Assembly (NCBI GenBank): GCA_051362555.1
Contig: JBPQGU010000016.1
Span: 3,658,001-3,722,000 of the forward strand
Length of the DNA: 64,000 nt
Direction: 5' to 3'
Source of the DNA: Lingula anatina
Taxonomy: Eukaryota; Animalia; Brachiopoda
Position numbers and translations under genes: made by a program. Position 1 is the first letter of the stretch, and every line of letters begins with the position of its first letter. Under the pieces are notes generated by a model. It saw only the letters and a list, made by a program, of their open reading frames with translations. It was not told the origin of the DNA and did no database searches. Positions 12,001 to 27,000 of the stretch are shown piece after piece.

Positions 12001-15000
12001 TATAGTGTCAGGTAGGTGTGTTCGGTCATTTGTAGTAAGAATAAAGTGCTGGAAGAGTGGTGGTGTCAACATTAAGGAAGAAATAGAGCAAAACTCTCTC
12101 TCCCCCCCCCCCCCTCTCAGATTCTGTTCTCAGAGCTTATTTTTGGATCATCTTTAAAGCTAGAATTGGGGGCCTTGATGAAGTGACCCGGGCGCGTTTC
12201 CACATTTTTTATGAATGACAGGTGTGGTAGATTGATTTTCGTCACTTTTTGGAAAAATTGGAGACGGGTCGATTTTTGGTGATTTTGAGTGATTTTGAAC
12301 AGTGCCGGCACTGTGAGATTTCTTCAATTTTGGCCAGGTAGGGATGAAAATTTTTTTTCTTCATTATAGTGTCAGGTAGGTGTGTTCGGTCATTTGTAGT
12401 AAGAATAAAGTGCTGGAAGAGTGGTGGTGTCAACATTAAGGAAGAAATAGAGCAAAAACTCTCTCTCCCCCCCTCTCAGATTCTGTTCTCAGAGCTTATT
12501 TTTGGATCATCTTTAAAGCTAGAATTGGGGGCCTTGATGAAGTGACCCGGGCGCGTTTCCACATTTTTTATGAATGACAGGTGTGGTAGATTGATTTTCG
12601 TCACTTTTTGGAAAAATCGGAGACGGGTCGATTTTTGGTGATTTTGAGTGATTTTGAACAGTGCCGGCACTGTGAGATTTCTTCAATTTTGGCCAGGTAG
12701 GGATAAAATTTTTTTTCTTCATTATAGTGTCAGGTAGGTGTGTTCGGTCATTTGTAGTAAGAATAAAGTGCTGGAAGAGTGGTGGTGTCAACATTAAGGA
12801 AGAAATAGAGCAAAAACTCTCTCTCCCCCCCCTCTCAGATTCTGTTCTCAGAGCTTATTTTTGGATCATCTTTAAAGCTAGAATTGGGGGCCTTGATGAA
12901 GTGACCCGGGCGCATTTCCACATTTTTTATGAATGACAGGTGTGGTAGATTGATTTTCGTCACTTTTTGGAAAAATCGGAGACGGGTCGATTTTTGGTGA
13001 TTTTGAGTGATTTTGAACAGTGCCGGCACTGTGAGATTTCTTCAATTTTGGCCAGGTAGGGATGAAAATTTTTTTTCTTCATTATAGTGTCAGGTAGGTG
13101 TGTTCAGTCATTTGTAGTCAGAATAAAGTGCTGGAAGAGTGGTGGTGTCAACATTAAGGAAGAAATAGAGCAAAAACTCTCTCTCCCCCCCCCCTCTCAG
13201 ATTCTGTTCTCAGAGCTTATTTTTGGATCATCTTTAAAGCTAGAATTGGGGGCCTTGATGAAGTGACCCGGGCGCGTTTCCACATTTTTTATGAATGACA
13301 GGTGTGGTAGATTGATTTTCGTCACTTTTTGGAAAAATCGGAGACGGGTCGATTTTTGGTGATTTTGAGTTATTTTGAACAGTGCCGGCACTGTGAGATT
13401 TCTTCAATTTTGGCCAGGTAGGGATGAAATTTTTTTTCTTCATTATAGTGTCAGGTAGGTGTGTTCGGTCATTTGTAGTAAGAATAAAGTGCTGGAAGTG
13501 TGGTGGTGTCAACATTAAGGAAGAAATAGAGCAAAAACTCTCTCTCCCCCCCCCCTCTCAGATTCTGTTCTCAGAGCTTATTTTTGGATCATCTTTAAAG
13601 CTAGAATTGGGGGCCTTGATGAAGTGACCCGGGCGCGTTTCCACATTTCTTATGAATGACAGGTGTGGTAGATTGATTTTCATCACTTTTTGGAAAAATC
13701 GGAGACGGGTCGATTTTTGGTGATTTTGAGTGATTTTGAACAGTGCCGGCACTGTGAGATTTCTTCAATTTTGGCCAGGTAGGGATGAAAATTTTTTTCT
13801 TCATTATAGTGTCAGGTAGGTGTGTTCGGTCATTTGTAGTAAGAATAAAGTGCTGGAAGAGTGGTGGTGTCAACATTAAGGAAGAAATAGAGCAAAACTC
13901 TCTCTCCCCCCCCCCCCCCTCTCAGATTCTGTTCTCAGAGCTTATTTTTGGATCATCTTTAAAGCTAGAATTGGGGGCCTTGATGAAGTGACCCGGGCGC
14001 GTTTCCACATTTTTTATGAATGACAGGTGTGGTAGATTGATTTTCGTCACTTTTTGGAAAAATTGGAGACGGGTCGATTTTTGGTGATTTTGAGTGATTT
14101 TGAACAGTGCCGGCACTGTGAGATTTCTTCAATTTTGGCCAGGTAGGGATGAAAATTTTTTTTCTTCATTATAGTGTCAGGTAGGTGTGTTCGGTCATTT
14201 GTGGTAAGAATAAAGTGCTGGAAGAGTGGTGGTGTCAACATTAAGGAAGAAATAGAGCAAAAACTCTCTCTCCCCCCCCCTCTCAGATTCTGTTCTCAGA
14301 GCTTATTTTTGGATCATCTTTAAAGCTAGAATTGGGGGCCTTGATGAAGTGACCCGGGCGCATTTCCACATTTTTTATGAATGACAGGTGTGGTAGATTG
14401 ATTTTCGTCACTTTTTGGAAAAATCGGAGACGGGTCGATTTTTGGTGATTTTGAGTGATTTTGAACAGTGCCGGCACTGTGAGATTTCTTCAATTTTGGC
14501 CAGGTAGGGATGAAAATTTTTTTCTTCATTATAGTGTCAGGTAGGTGTGTTCGGTCATTTGTAGTAAGAATAAAGTGCTGGAAGAGTGGTGGTGTCAACA
14601 TTAAGGAAGAAATAGAGCAAAAACTCTCTCTCCCCCCCTCTCAGATTCTGTTCTCAGAGCTTATTTTTGGATCATCTTTAAAGCTAGAATTGGGGGCCTT
14701 GATGAAGTGACCAGGGCGCGTTTCCACATTTTTTATGAATGACAGGTGTGGTAGATTGATTTTCGTCACTTTTTGGAAAAATCGGAGACGGGTTGATTTT
14801 TGGTGATTTTGAGTGATTTTGAACAGTGCCGGCACTGTGAGATTTCTTCAATTTTGGCCAGGTAGGGATGAAAATTTTTTTTCTTCATTATAGTGTCAGG
14901 TAGGTGTGTTCGGTCATTTGTAGTAAGAATAAAGTGCTGGAAGAGTGGTGGTGTCAACATTAAGGAAGAAATAGAGCAAAAACTCTCTCTCCCCCCCCCT

Positions 15001-18000
15001 CTCAGATTCTGTTCTCAGAGCTTATTTTTGGATCATCTTTAAAGCTAGAATTGGGGGCCTTGATGAAGTGACCCGGGCGCGTTTCCACATTTTTTATGAA
15101 TAACAGGTGTGGTAGATTGATTTTCGTCACTTTTTGGAAAAATTGGAGACGGGTCGATTTTTGGTGATTTTGAGTGATTTTGAACAGTGCCGGCACTGTG
15201 AGATTTCTTCAATTTTGGCCAGGTAGGGATGAAAATTTTTTTTCTTCATTATAGTGTCAGGTAGGTGTGTTCGGTCATTTGTAGTAAGAATAAAGTGCTG
15301 GAAGAGTGGTGGTGTCAACATTAAGGAAGAAATAGAGCAAAAACTCTCTCTCCCCCCCCCCCCCTCTCAGATTCTGTTCTCAGAGCTTATTTTTGGATCA
15401 TCTTTAAAGCTAGAATTGGGGGCCTTGATGAAGTGACCCGGGCGCATTTCCACATTTTTTATGAATGACAGGTGTGGTAGATTGATTTTCGTCACTTTTT
15501 GGAAAAATCGGAGACGGGTCGATTTTTGGTGATTTTGAGTGATTTTGAACAGTGCCGGCACTGTGAGATTTCTTCAATTTTGGCCAGGTAGGGATGAAAA
15601 TTTTTTTCTTCATTATAGTGTCAGGTAGGTGTGTTCGGTCATTTGTAGTAAGAATAAAGTGCTGGAAGAGTGGTGGTGTCAACATTAAGGAAGAAATAGA
15701 GCAAAAACTCTCTCTCCCCCCCCCTCTCAGATTCTGTTCTCAGAGCTTATTTTTGGATCATCTTTAAAGCTAGAATTGGGGGCCTTGATGAAGTGACCCG
15801 GGCGCGTTTCCACATTTTTTATGAATGACAGGTGTGGTAGATTGATTTTCGTCACTTTTTGGAAAAATTGGAGACGGGTCGATTTTTGGTGATTTTGAGT
15901 GATTTTGAACAGTGCCGGCACTGTGAGATTTCTTCAATTTTGGCCAGGTAGGGATGAAAATTTTTTTTCTTCATTATAGTGTCAGGTAGGTGTGTTCGGT
16001 CATTTGTAGTAAGAATAAAGTGCTGGAAGAGTGGTGGTGTCAACATTAAGGAAGAAATAGAGCAAAAACTCTCTCTCCCCCCCCCCCCTCTCAGATTCTG
16101 TTCTCAGAGCTTATTTTTGGATCATCTTTAAAGCTAGAATTGGGGGCCTTGATGAAGTGACCCGGGCGCATTTCCACATTTTTTATGAATGACAGGTGTG
16201 GTAGATTGATTTTCGTCACTTTTTGGAAAAATCGGAGACGGGTCGATTTTTGGTGATTTTGAGTGATTTTGAACAGTGCCGGCACTGTGAGATTTCTTCA
16301 ATTTTGGCGAGGTAGGGATGAAAATTTTTTTTCTTCATTATAGTGTCAGGTAGGTGTGTTCGGTCATTTGTAGTAAGAATAAAGTGCTGGAAGAGTGGTG
16401 GTGTCAACATTAAGGAAGAAATAGAGCAAAAACTCTCTCTCCCCCCCCCTCTCAGATTCTGTTCTCAGAGCTTATTTTTGGATCATCTTTAAAGCTAGAA
16501 TTGGGGGCCTTGATGAAGTGACCCGGGCGCGTTTCCACATTTTTTATGAATGACAGGTGTGGTAGATTGATTTTCGTCACTTTTTGGAAAAATCGGAGAC
16601 GGGTCGATTTTTGGTGATTTTGAGTGATTTTGAACAGTGCCGGCACTGTGAGATTTCTTCAATTTTGGCCAGGTAGGGATGAAAATTTTTTTTCTTCATT
16701 ATAGTGTCAGGTAGGTGTGTTCGGTCATTTGTAGTAAGAATAAAGTGCTGGAAGAGTGGTGGTGTCAACATTAAGGAAGAAATAGAGCAAAAACTCTCTC
16801 TCCCCCCCCTCTCAGATTCTGTTCTCAGAGCTTATTTTTGGATCATCTTTAAAGCTAGAATTGGGGGCCTTGATGAAGTGACCCGGGCGCATTTCCACAT
16901 TTTTTATGAATGACAGGTGTGGTAGATTGATTTTCGTCACTTTTTGGAAAAATCGGAGACGGGTCGATTTTTGGTGATTTTGAGTGATTTTGAACAGTGC
17001 CGGCACTGTGAGATTTCTTCAATTTTGGCCAGGTAGGGATGAAAATTTTTTTCTTCATTATAGTGTCAGGTAGGTGTGTTCGGTCATTTGTAGTAAGAAT
17101 AAAGTGCTGGAAGAGTGGTGGTGTCAACATTAAGGAAGAAATAGAGCAAAAACTCTCTCTCCCCCCCTCTCAGATTCTGTTCTCAGAGCTTATTTTTGGA
17201 TCATCTTTAAAGCTAGAATTGGGGGCCTTGATGAAGTGACCCGGGCGCGTTTCCACATTTTTTATGAATGACAGGTGTGGTAGATTGATTTTCGTCACTT
17301 TTTGGAAAAATCGGAGACGGGTTGATTTTTGGTGATTTTGAGTGATTTTGAACAGTGCCGGCACTGTGAGATTTCTTCAATTTTGGCCAGGTAGGGATGA
17401 AAATTTTTTTTCTTCATTATAGTGTCAGGTAGGTGTGTTCGGTCATTTGTAGTAAGAATAAAGTGCTGGAAGAGTGGTGGTGTCAACATTAAGGAAGAAA
17501 TAGAGCAAAAACTCTCTCTCCCCCCCCCCTCTCAGATTCTGTTCTCAGAGCTTATTTTTGGATCATCTTTAAAGCTAGAATTGGGGGCCTTGATGAAGTG
17601 ACCCGGGCGCGTTTCCACATTTTTTATGAATGACAGGTGTGGTAGATTGATTTTCGTCACTTTTTGGAAAAATCGGAGACGGGTCGATTTTTGGTGATTT
17701 TGAGTGATTTTGAACAGTGCCGGCACTGTGAGATTTCTTCAATTTTGGCCAGGTAGGGATGAAAATATTTTTTCTTCATTATAGTGTCAGGTAGGTGTGT
17801 TCGGTCATTTGTAGTAAGAATAAAGTGCTGGAAGAGTGGTGGTGTCAACATTAAGGAAGAAATAGAGCAAAAACTCTCTCCCCCCCCCCCCCCCCCTCTC
17901 AGATTCTGTTCTCAGAGCTTATTTTTGGATCATCTTTAAAGCTAGAATTGGGGGCCTTGATGAAGTGACCCGGGCGCGTTTCCACATTTTTTATGAATGA

Positions 18001-21000
18001 CAGGTGTGGTAGATTGATTTTCGTCACTTTTTGGAAAAATCGGAGACGGGTCGATTTTTGGTGATTTTGAGTGATTTTGAACAGTGCCGGCACTGTGAGA
18101 TTTCTTCAATTTTGGCCAGGTAGGGATGAAAATTTTTTTTCTTCATTATAGTGTCAGGTAGGTGTGTTCGGTCATTTGTAGTAAGAATAAAGTGCTGGAA
18201 GAGTGGTGGTGTCAACATTAAGGAAGAAATAGAGCAAAAACTCTCTCTCCCCCCCCCTCTCAGATTCTGTTCTCAGAGCTTATTTTTGGATCATCTTTAA
18301 AGCTAGAATTGGGGGCCTTGATGAAGTGACCCGGGCGCATTTCCACATTTTTTATGAATGACAGGTGTGGTAGATTGATTTTCGTCACTTTTTGGAAAAA
18401 TCGGAGACGGGTTGATTTTTGGTGATTTTGAGTGATTTTGAACAGTGCCGGCACTGTGAGATTTCTTCAATTTTGGCCAGGTAGGGATGAAAATTTTTTT
18501 CTTCATTATAGTGTCAGGTAGGTGTGTTCGGTCATTTGTAGTAAGAATAAAGTGCTGGAAGAGTGGTGGTGTCAACATTAAGGAAGAAATAGAGCAAAAA
18601 CTCTCTCTCCCCCCCTCTCAGATTCTGTTCTCAGAGCTTATTTTTGGATCATCTTTAAAGCTAGAATTGGGGGCCTTGATGAAGTGACCCGGGCGCATTT
18701 CCACATTTTTTATGAATGACAGGTGTGGTAGATTGATTTTCGTCACTTTTTGGAAAAATCGGAGACGGGTCGATTTTTGGTGATTTTGAGTGATTTTGAA
18801 CAGTGCCGGCACTGTGAGATTTCTTCAATTTTGGCCAGGTAGGGATGAAAATATTTTTTCTTCATTATAGTGTCATGTAGGTGTGTTCGGTCATTTGTAG
18901 TAAGAATAAAGTGCTGGAAGAGTGGTGGTGTCAACATTAAGGAAGAAATAGAGCAAAAACTCTCTCTCCCCCCCCCCCTCTCAGATTCTGTTCTCAGAGC
19001 TTATTTTTGGATCATCTTTAAAGCTAGAATTGGGGGCCTTGATGAAGTGACCCGGGCGCGTTTCCACATTTTTTATGAATGACAGGTGTGGTAGATTGAT
19101 TTTCATCACTTTTTGGAAAAATCGGAGATGGGTCGATTTTTGGTGATTTTGAGTGATTTTGAACAGTGCCGGCACTGTGAGATTTCTTCAATTTTGGCCA
19201 GGTAGGGATGAAAATTTTTTTTCTTCATTATAGTGTCAGGTAGGTGTGTTCGGTCATTTGTAGTCAGAATAAAGTGCTGGAAGAGTGGTGGTGTCAACAT
19301 TAAGGAAGAAATAGAGCAAAAACTCTCTCTCCCCCCCCCCCCCTCTCAGATTCTGTTCTCAGAGCTTATTTTTGGATCATCTTTAAAGCTGGAATTGGGG
19401 GCCTTGATGAAGTGACCCGGGCGCGTTTCCACATTTTTTATGAATGACAGGTGTGGTAGATTGATTTTCGTCACTTTTTGGAAAAATCGGAGACGGGTCG
19501 ATTTTTGGTGATTTTGAGTGATTTTGAACAGTGCCGGCACTGTGAGATTTCTTCAATTTTGGCCAGGTAGGGATGAAAATATTTTTTCTTCATTATTGTG
19601 TCAGGTAGGTGTGTTCGGTCATTTGTAGTAAGAATAAAGTGCTGGAAGAGTGGTGGTGTCAACATTAAGGAAGAAATAGAGCAAAAACTCTCTCTCCCCC
19701 CCCTCTCAGATTCTGTTCTCAGAGCTTATTTTTGGATCATCTTTAAAGCTAGAATTGGGGGCCTTGATGAAGTGACCCGGGCGCGTTTCCACATTTTTTA
19801 TGAATGACAGGTGTGGTAGATTGATTTTCGTCACTTTTTGGAAAAATCGGAGACGGGTCGATTTTTGGTGATTTTGAGTGATTTTGAACAGTGCCGGCAC
19901 TGTGAGATTTCTTCAATTTTGGCCAGGTAGGGATGAAAATTTTTTTTCTTCATTATAGTGTCAGGTAGGTGTGTTCGGTCATTTGTAGTAAGAATAAAGT
20001 GCTGGAAGAGTGGTGGTGTCAACATTAAGGAAGAAATAGAGCAAAAACTCTCTCTCCCCCCCCCCTCTCAGATTCTGTTCTCAGAGCTTATTTTTGGATC
20101 ACCTTTAAAGCTAGAATTGGGGGCCTTGATGAAGTGACCCGGGCGCGTTTCCACATTTTTTATGAATGACAGGTGTGGTAGATTGATTTTCGTCACTTTT
20201 TGGAAAAATCGGAGACGGGTCGATTTTTGGTGATTTTGAGTGATTTTGAACAGTGCCGGCACTGTGAGATTTCTTCAATTTTGGCCAGGTAGGGATGAAA
20301 ATTTTTTTTCTTCATTATAGTGTCATGTAGGTGTGTTCGGTCATTTGTAGTAAGAATAAAGTGCTGGAAGAGTGGTGGTGTCAACACAAAGGAAGAAATA
20401 GAGCAAAAACTCTCTCTCCCCCCCCCCCTCTCAGATTCTGTTCTCAGAGCTTATTTTTGGATCATCTTTAAAGCTAGAATTGGGGGCCTTGATGAAGTGA
20501 CCCGGGCGCGTTTCCACATTTTTTATGAATGACAGGTGTGGTAGATTGATTTTCGTCACTTTTTGGAAAAATCGGAGACGGGTCGATTTTTGGTGATTTT
20601 GAGTGATTTTGAACAGTGCCGGCACTGTGAGATTTCTTCAATTTTGGCTAGGTAGGGATGAAAATTTTTTTTCTTCATTATAGTGTCAGGTAGGTGTGTT
20701 TGGTCATTTGTAGTAAGAATAAAGTGCTGGAAGAGTGGTGGTGTCAACATTAAGGAAGAAATAGAGCAAAAACTCTCTCTCCCCCCCCCCCCTCTCAGAT
20801 TCTGTTCTCAGAGCTTATTTTTGGATCATCTTTAAAGCTAGAATTGGGGGCCTTGATGAAGTGACCCGGGCGCGTTTCCACATTTTTTATGAATGACAGG
20901 TGTGGTAGATTGATTTTCGTCACTTTTTGGAAAAATCGGAGACGGGTCGATTTTTGGTGATTTTGAGTGATTTTGAACAGTGCCGGCACTGTGAGATTTC

Positions 21001-24000
21001 TTCAATTTTGGCCAGGTAGGGATGAAAATTTTTTTTCTTCATTATAGTGTCAGGTAGGTGTGTTCGGTCATTTGTAGTCAGAATAAAGTGCTGGAAGAGT
21101 GGTGGTGTCAACATTAAGGAAGAAATAGAGCAAAAACTCTCTCTCTCCCCCCCCCCCCCCCCTCTCAGATTCTGTTCTCAGAGCTTATTTTTGGATCATC
21201 TTTAAAGCTGGAATTGGGGGCCTTGATGAAGTGACCCGGGCGCCTTTCCACATTTTTTATGAATGACAGGTGTGGTAGATTGATTTTCGTCACTTTTTGG
21301 AAAAATCGGAGACGGGTCGATTTTTGATGATTTTGAGTGATTTTGAACAAAGCCGGCACTGTGAGATTTCTTCAATTTTGGCCAGGTAGGGATGAAAATA
21401 TTTTTTCTTCATTATAGTGTCAGGTAGGTGTGTTCGGTCATTTGTAGTAAGAATAAAGTGCTGGAAGAGTTGTGGTGTCAACATTAAGGAAGAAATAGAG
21501 CAAAAACTCTCTCCCCCCCCCCCTCTCAGATTCTGTTCTCAGAGCTTATTTTTGGATCATCTTTAAAGCTAGAATTGGGGGCCTTGATGAAGTGACCCGG
21601 GCGCGTTTCCACATTTTTTATGAATGACAGGTGTGGTAGATTGATTTTCGTCACTTTTTGGAAAAATCGGAGACGGGTCGATTTTTGGTGATTTTGAGTG
21701 ATTTTGAACAGTGCCGGCACTGTGAGATTTCTTCAATTTTGGCCAGGTAGGGATGAAAATTTTTTTTCTTCATTATAGTGTCATGTAGGTGTGTTCGGTC
21801 ATTTGTAGTAAGAATAAAGTGCTGGAAGAGTGGTGGTGTCAACACAAAGGAAGAAATAGAGCAAAAACTCTCTCTCCCCCCCCCCCTCTCAGATTCTGTT
21901 CTCAGAGCTTATTTTTGGATCATCTTTAAAGCTAGAATTGGGGGCCTTGATGAAGTGACCCGGGCGCGTTTCCACATTTTTTATGAATGACAGGTGTGGT
22001 AGATTGATTTTCGTCACTTTTTGGAAAAATCGGAGACGGGTCGATTTTTGGTGATTTTGAGTGATTTTGAACAGTGCCGGCACTGTGAGATTTCTTCAAT
22101 TTTGGCTAGCTAGGGATGAAAATTTTTTTTCTTCATTATAGTGTCAGGTAGGTGTGTTTGGTCATTTGTAGTAAGAATAAAGTGCTGGAAGAGTGGTGGT
22201 GTCAACATTAAGGAAGAAATAGAGCAAAAACTCTCTCTCCCCCCCCCCTCTCAGATTCTGTTCTCAGAGCTTATTTTTGGATCATCTTTAAAGCTAGAAT
22301 TGGGGGCCTTGATGAAGTGACCCGGGCGCGTTTCCACATTTTTTATGAATGACAGGTGTGGTAGATTGATTTTCGTCACTTTTTGGAAAAATCGGAGACG
22401 GGTCGATTTTTGGTGATTTTGAGTGATTTTGAACAGTGCCGGCACTGTGAGATTTCTTCAATTTTGGCCAGGTAGGGATGAAAATTTTTTTTCTTCATTA
22501 TAGTGTCAGGTAGGTGTGTTCGGTCATTTGTAGTCAGAATAAAGTGCTGGAAGAGTGGTGGTGTCAACATTAAGGAAGAAATAGAGCAAAAACTCTCTCT
22601 CTCCCCCCCCCCCCCTCTCAGATTCTGTTCTCAGAGCTTATTTTTGGATCATCTTTAAAGCTGGAATTGGGGGCCTTGATGAAGTGACCCGGGCGCGTTT
22701 CCACATTTTTTATGAATGACAGGTGTGGTAGATTGATTTTCGTCACTTTTTGGAAAAATCGGAGACGGGTCGATTTTTGATGATTTTGAGTGATTTTGAA
22801 CAGTGCTGGCACTGTGAGATTTCTTCAATTTTGGCCAGGTAGGGATGAAAATATTTTTTCTTCATTATAGTGTCAGGTAGGTGTGTTCGGTCATTTGTAG
22901 TAAGAATAAAGTGCTGGAAGAGTTGTGGTGTCAACATTAAGGAAGAAATATAGCAAAAACTCTCTCCCCCCCCCCCTCTCAGATTCTGTTCTCAGAGCTT
23001 ATTTTTGGATCATCTTTAAAGCTAGAATTGGGGGCCTTGATGAAGTGACCCGGGCGCGTTTCCACATTTTTTATGAATGACAGGTGTGGTAGATTGATTT
23101 TCGTCACTTTTTGGAAAAATCGGAGACGGGTCGATTTTTGGTGATTTTGAGTGATTTTGAACAGTGCCGGCACTGTGAGATTTCTTCAATTTTGGCCAGG
23201 TAGGGATGAAAATTTTTTTTCTTCATTATAGTGTCAGGTAGGTGTGTTCGGTCATTTGTAGTAAGAATAAAGTGCTGGAAGAGTGGTGGTGTCAACATTA
23301 AGGAAGAAATAGAGCAAAAACTCTCTCTCCCCCCCCCCCTCTCAGATTCTGTTCTCAGAGCTTATTTTTGGATCATCTTTAAAGCTGGAATTGGGGGCCT
23401 TGATGAAGTGACCCTGGCGCGTTTCCACATTTTTTATGAATGACAGGTGTGGTAGATTGATTTTCGTCACTTTTTGGAAAAATCGGAGACGGGTCGATTT
23501 TTGGTGATTTTGAGTGATTTTGAACAGTGCCGGCACTGTGAGATTTCTTCAATTTTGGCCAGGTAGGGATGAAAATATTTTTTCTTCATTATAGTGTCAG
23601 GTAGGTGTGTTCGGTCATTTGTAGTAAGAATAAAGTGCTGGAAGAGTGGTGGTGTCAACATTAAGGAAGAAATAGAGCAAAAACTCTCTCTCCCCCCCCC
23701 TCTCAGATTCTGTTCTCAGAGCTTATTTTTGGATCATCTTTAAAGCTAGAATTGGGGGCCTTGATGAAGTGACCCGGGCGCATTTCCACATTTTTTATGA
23801 ATGACAGGTGTGGTAGATTGATTTTCGTCACTTTTTGGAAAAATCGGAGACGGGTCGATTTTTGGTGATTTTGAGTGATTTTGAACAGTGCCGGCACTGT
23901 GAGATTTCTTCAATTTTGGCCAGGTAGGGATGAAAAATTTTTTTCTTCATTATAGTGTCAGGTAGGTGTGTTCGGTCATTTGTAGTAAGAATAAAGTGCT

Positions 24001-27000
24001 GGAAGAGTGGTGGTGTCAACATTAAGGAAGAAATAGAGCAAAAACTCTCTCTCCCCCCCTCTCAGATTCTGTTCTCAGAGCTTATTTTTGGATCATCTTT
24101 AAAGCTAGAATTGGGGGCCTTGATGAAGTGACCCGGGCGCGTTTCCACATTTTTTATGAATGACAGGTGTGGTAGATTGATTTTCGTCACTTTTTGGAAA
24201 AATCGGAGACGGGTCGATTTTTGGTGATTTTGAGTGATTTTGAACAGTGCCGGCACTGTGAGATTTCTTCAATTTTGGCCAGGTAGGGATGAAAATTTTT
24301 TTTCTTCATTATAGTGTCAGGTAGGTGTGTTCGGTCATTTGTAGTAAGAATAAAGTGCTGGAAGAGTGGTGGTGTCAACATTAAGGAAGAAATAGAGCAA
24401 AAACTCTCTCTCCCCCCCCCCCTCTCAGATTCTGTTCTCAGAGCTTATTTTTGGATCATCTTTAAAGCTAGAATTGGGGGCCTTGATGAAGTGACCCGGG
24501 CGCATTTCCACATTTTTTATGAATGACAGGTGTGGTAGATTGATTTTCGTCACTTTTTGGAAAAATCGGAGACGGGTCGATTTTTGGTGATTTTGAGTGA
24601 TTTTGAACAGTGCCGGCACTGTGAGATTTCTTCAATTTTGGCCAGGTAGGGATGATAATTTTTTTTCTTCATTATAGTGTCAGGTAGGTGTGTTCGGTCA
24701 TTTGTAGTAAGAATAAAGTGCTGGAAGAGTGGTGGTGTCAACATTAAGGAAGAAATAGAGCAAAACTCTCTCTCCCCCCCCCCCCTCTCAGATTCTGTTC
24801 TCAGAGCTTATTTTTGGATCATCTTTAAAGCTAGAATTGGGGGCCTTGATGAAGTGACCCGGGCGCGTTTCCACATTTTTTATGAATGACAGGTGTGGTA
24901 GATTGATTTTCGTCACTTTTTGGAAAAATTGGAGACGGGTCGATTTTTGGTGATTTTGAGTGATTTTGAACAGTGCCGGCACTGTGAGATTTCTTCAATT
25001 TTGGCCAGGTAGGGATGAAAATTTTTTTTCTTCATTATAGTGTCAGGTAGGTGTGTTCGGTCATTTGTAGTAAGAATAAAGTGCTGGAAGAGTGGTGGTG
25101 TCAACATTAAGGAAGAAATAGAGCAAAAACTCTCTCTCCCCCCCTCTCAGATTCTGTTCTCAGAGCTTATTTTTGGATCATCTTTAAAGCTAGAATTGGG
25201 GGCCTTGATGAAGTGACCCGGGCGCGTTTCCACATTTTTTATGAATGACAGGTGTGGTAGATTGATTTTCGTCACTTTTTGGAAAAATCGGAGACGGGTC
25301 GATTTTTGGTGATTTTGAGTGATTTTGAACAGTGCCGGCACTGTGAGATTTCTTCAATTTTGGCCAGGTAGGGATGAAATTTTTTTTCTTCATTATAGTG
25401 TCAGGTAGGTGTGTTCGGTCATTTGTAGTAAGAATAAAGTGCTGGAAGAGTGGTGGTGTCAACATTAAGGAAGAAATAGAGCAAAAACTCTCTCTCCCCC
25501 CCCTCTCAGATTCTGTTCTCAGAGCTTATTTTTGGATCATCTTTAAAGCTAGAATTGGGGGCCTTGATGAAGTGACCCGGGCGCATTTCCACATTTTTTA
25601 TGAATGACAGGTGTGGTAGATTGATTTTCGTCACTTTTTGGAAAAATCGGAGACGGGTCGATTTTTGGTGATTTTGAGTGATTTTGAACAGTGCCGGCAC
25701 TGTGAGATTTCTTCAATTTTGGCCAGGTAGGGATGAAAATTTTTTTTCTTCATTATAGTGTCAGGTAGGTGTGTTCGGTCATTTGTAGTAAGAATAAAGT
25801 GCTGGAAGAGTGGTGGTGTCAACATTAAGGAAGAAATAGAGCAAAAACTCTCTCTCCCCCCCCCTCTCAGATTCTGTTCTCAGAGCTTATTTTTGGATCA
25901 TCTTTAAAGCTAGAATTGGGGGCCTTGATGAAGTGACCCGGGCGCGTTTCCACATTTTTTATGAATGACAGGTGTGGTAGATTGATTTTCGTCACTTTTT
26001 GGAAAAATCGGAGACGGGTCGATTTTTGGTGATTTTGAGTTATTTTGAACAGTGCCGGCACTGTGAGATTTCTTCAATTTTGGCCAGGTAGGGATGAAAT
26101 TTTTTTTCTTCATTATAGTGTCAGGTAGGTGTGTTCGGTCATTTGTAGTAAGAATAAAGTGCTGGAAGAGTGGTGGTGTCAACATTAAGGAAGAAATAGA
26201 GCAAAAACTCTCTCTCCCCCCCCTCTCAGATTCTGTTCTCAGAGCTTATTTTTGGATCATCTTTAAAGCTAGAATTGGGGGCCTTGTTGAAGTGACCCGG
26301 GCGCGTTTCCACATTTTTTATGAATGACAGGTGTGAAAGATTGATTTTCGTCACTTTTTGGAAAAATCGGAGACGGGTCGATTTTTGGTGATTTTGAGTG
26401 ATTTTGAACAGTGCCGGCACTGTGAGATTTCTTCAATTTTGGCCAGGTAGGGATGAAATTTTTTTTTCTTCATTATAGTGTCAGGTAGGTGTGTTCGGTC
26501 ATTTGTAGTAAGAATAAAGTGCTGGAAGTGTGGTGGTGTCAACATTAAGGAAGAAATAGAGCAAAAACTCTCTCTCCCCCCCCCCTCTCAGATTCTGTTC
26601 TCAGAGCTTATTTTTGGATCATCTTTAAAGCTAGAATTGGGGGCCTTGATGAAGTGACCCGGGCGCGTTTCCACATTTCTTATGAATGACAGGTGTGGTA
26701 GATTGATTTTCATCACTTTTTGGAAAAATCGGAGACGGGTCGATTTTTGGTGATTTTGAGTGATTTTGAACAGTGCCGGCACTGTGAGATTTCTTCAATT
26801 TTGGCCAGGTAGGGATGAAAATTTTTTTCTTCATTATAGTGTCAGGTAGGTGTGTTCGGTCATTTGTAGTAAGAATAAAGTGCTGGAAGAGTGGTGGTGT
26901 CAACATTAAGGAAGAAATAGAGCAAAACTCTCTCTCCCCCCCCCCCCCCTCTCAGATTCTGTTCTCAGAGCTTATTTTTGGATCATCTTTAAAGCTAGAA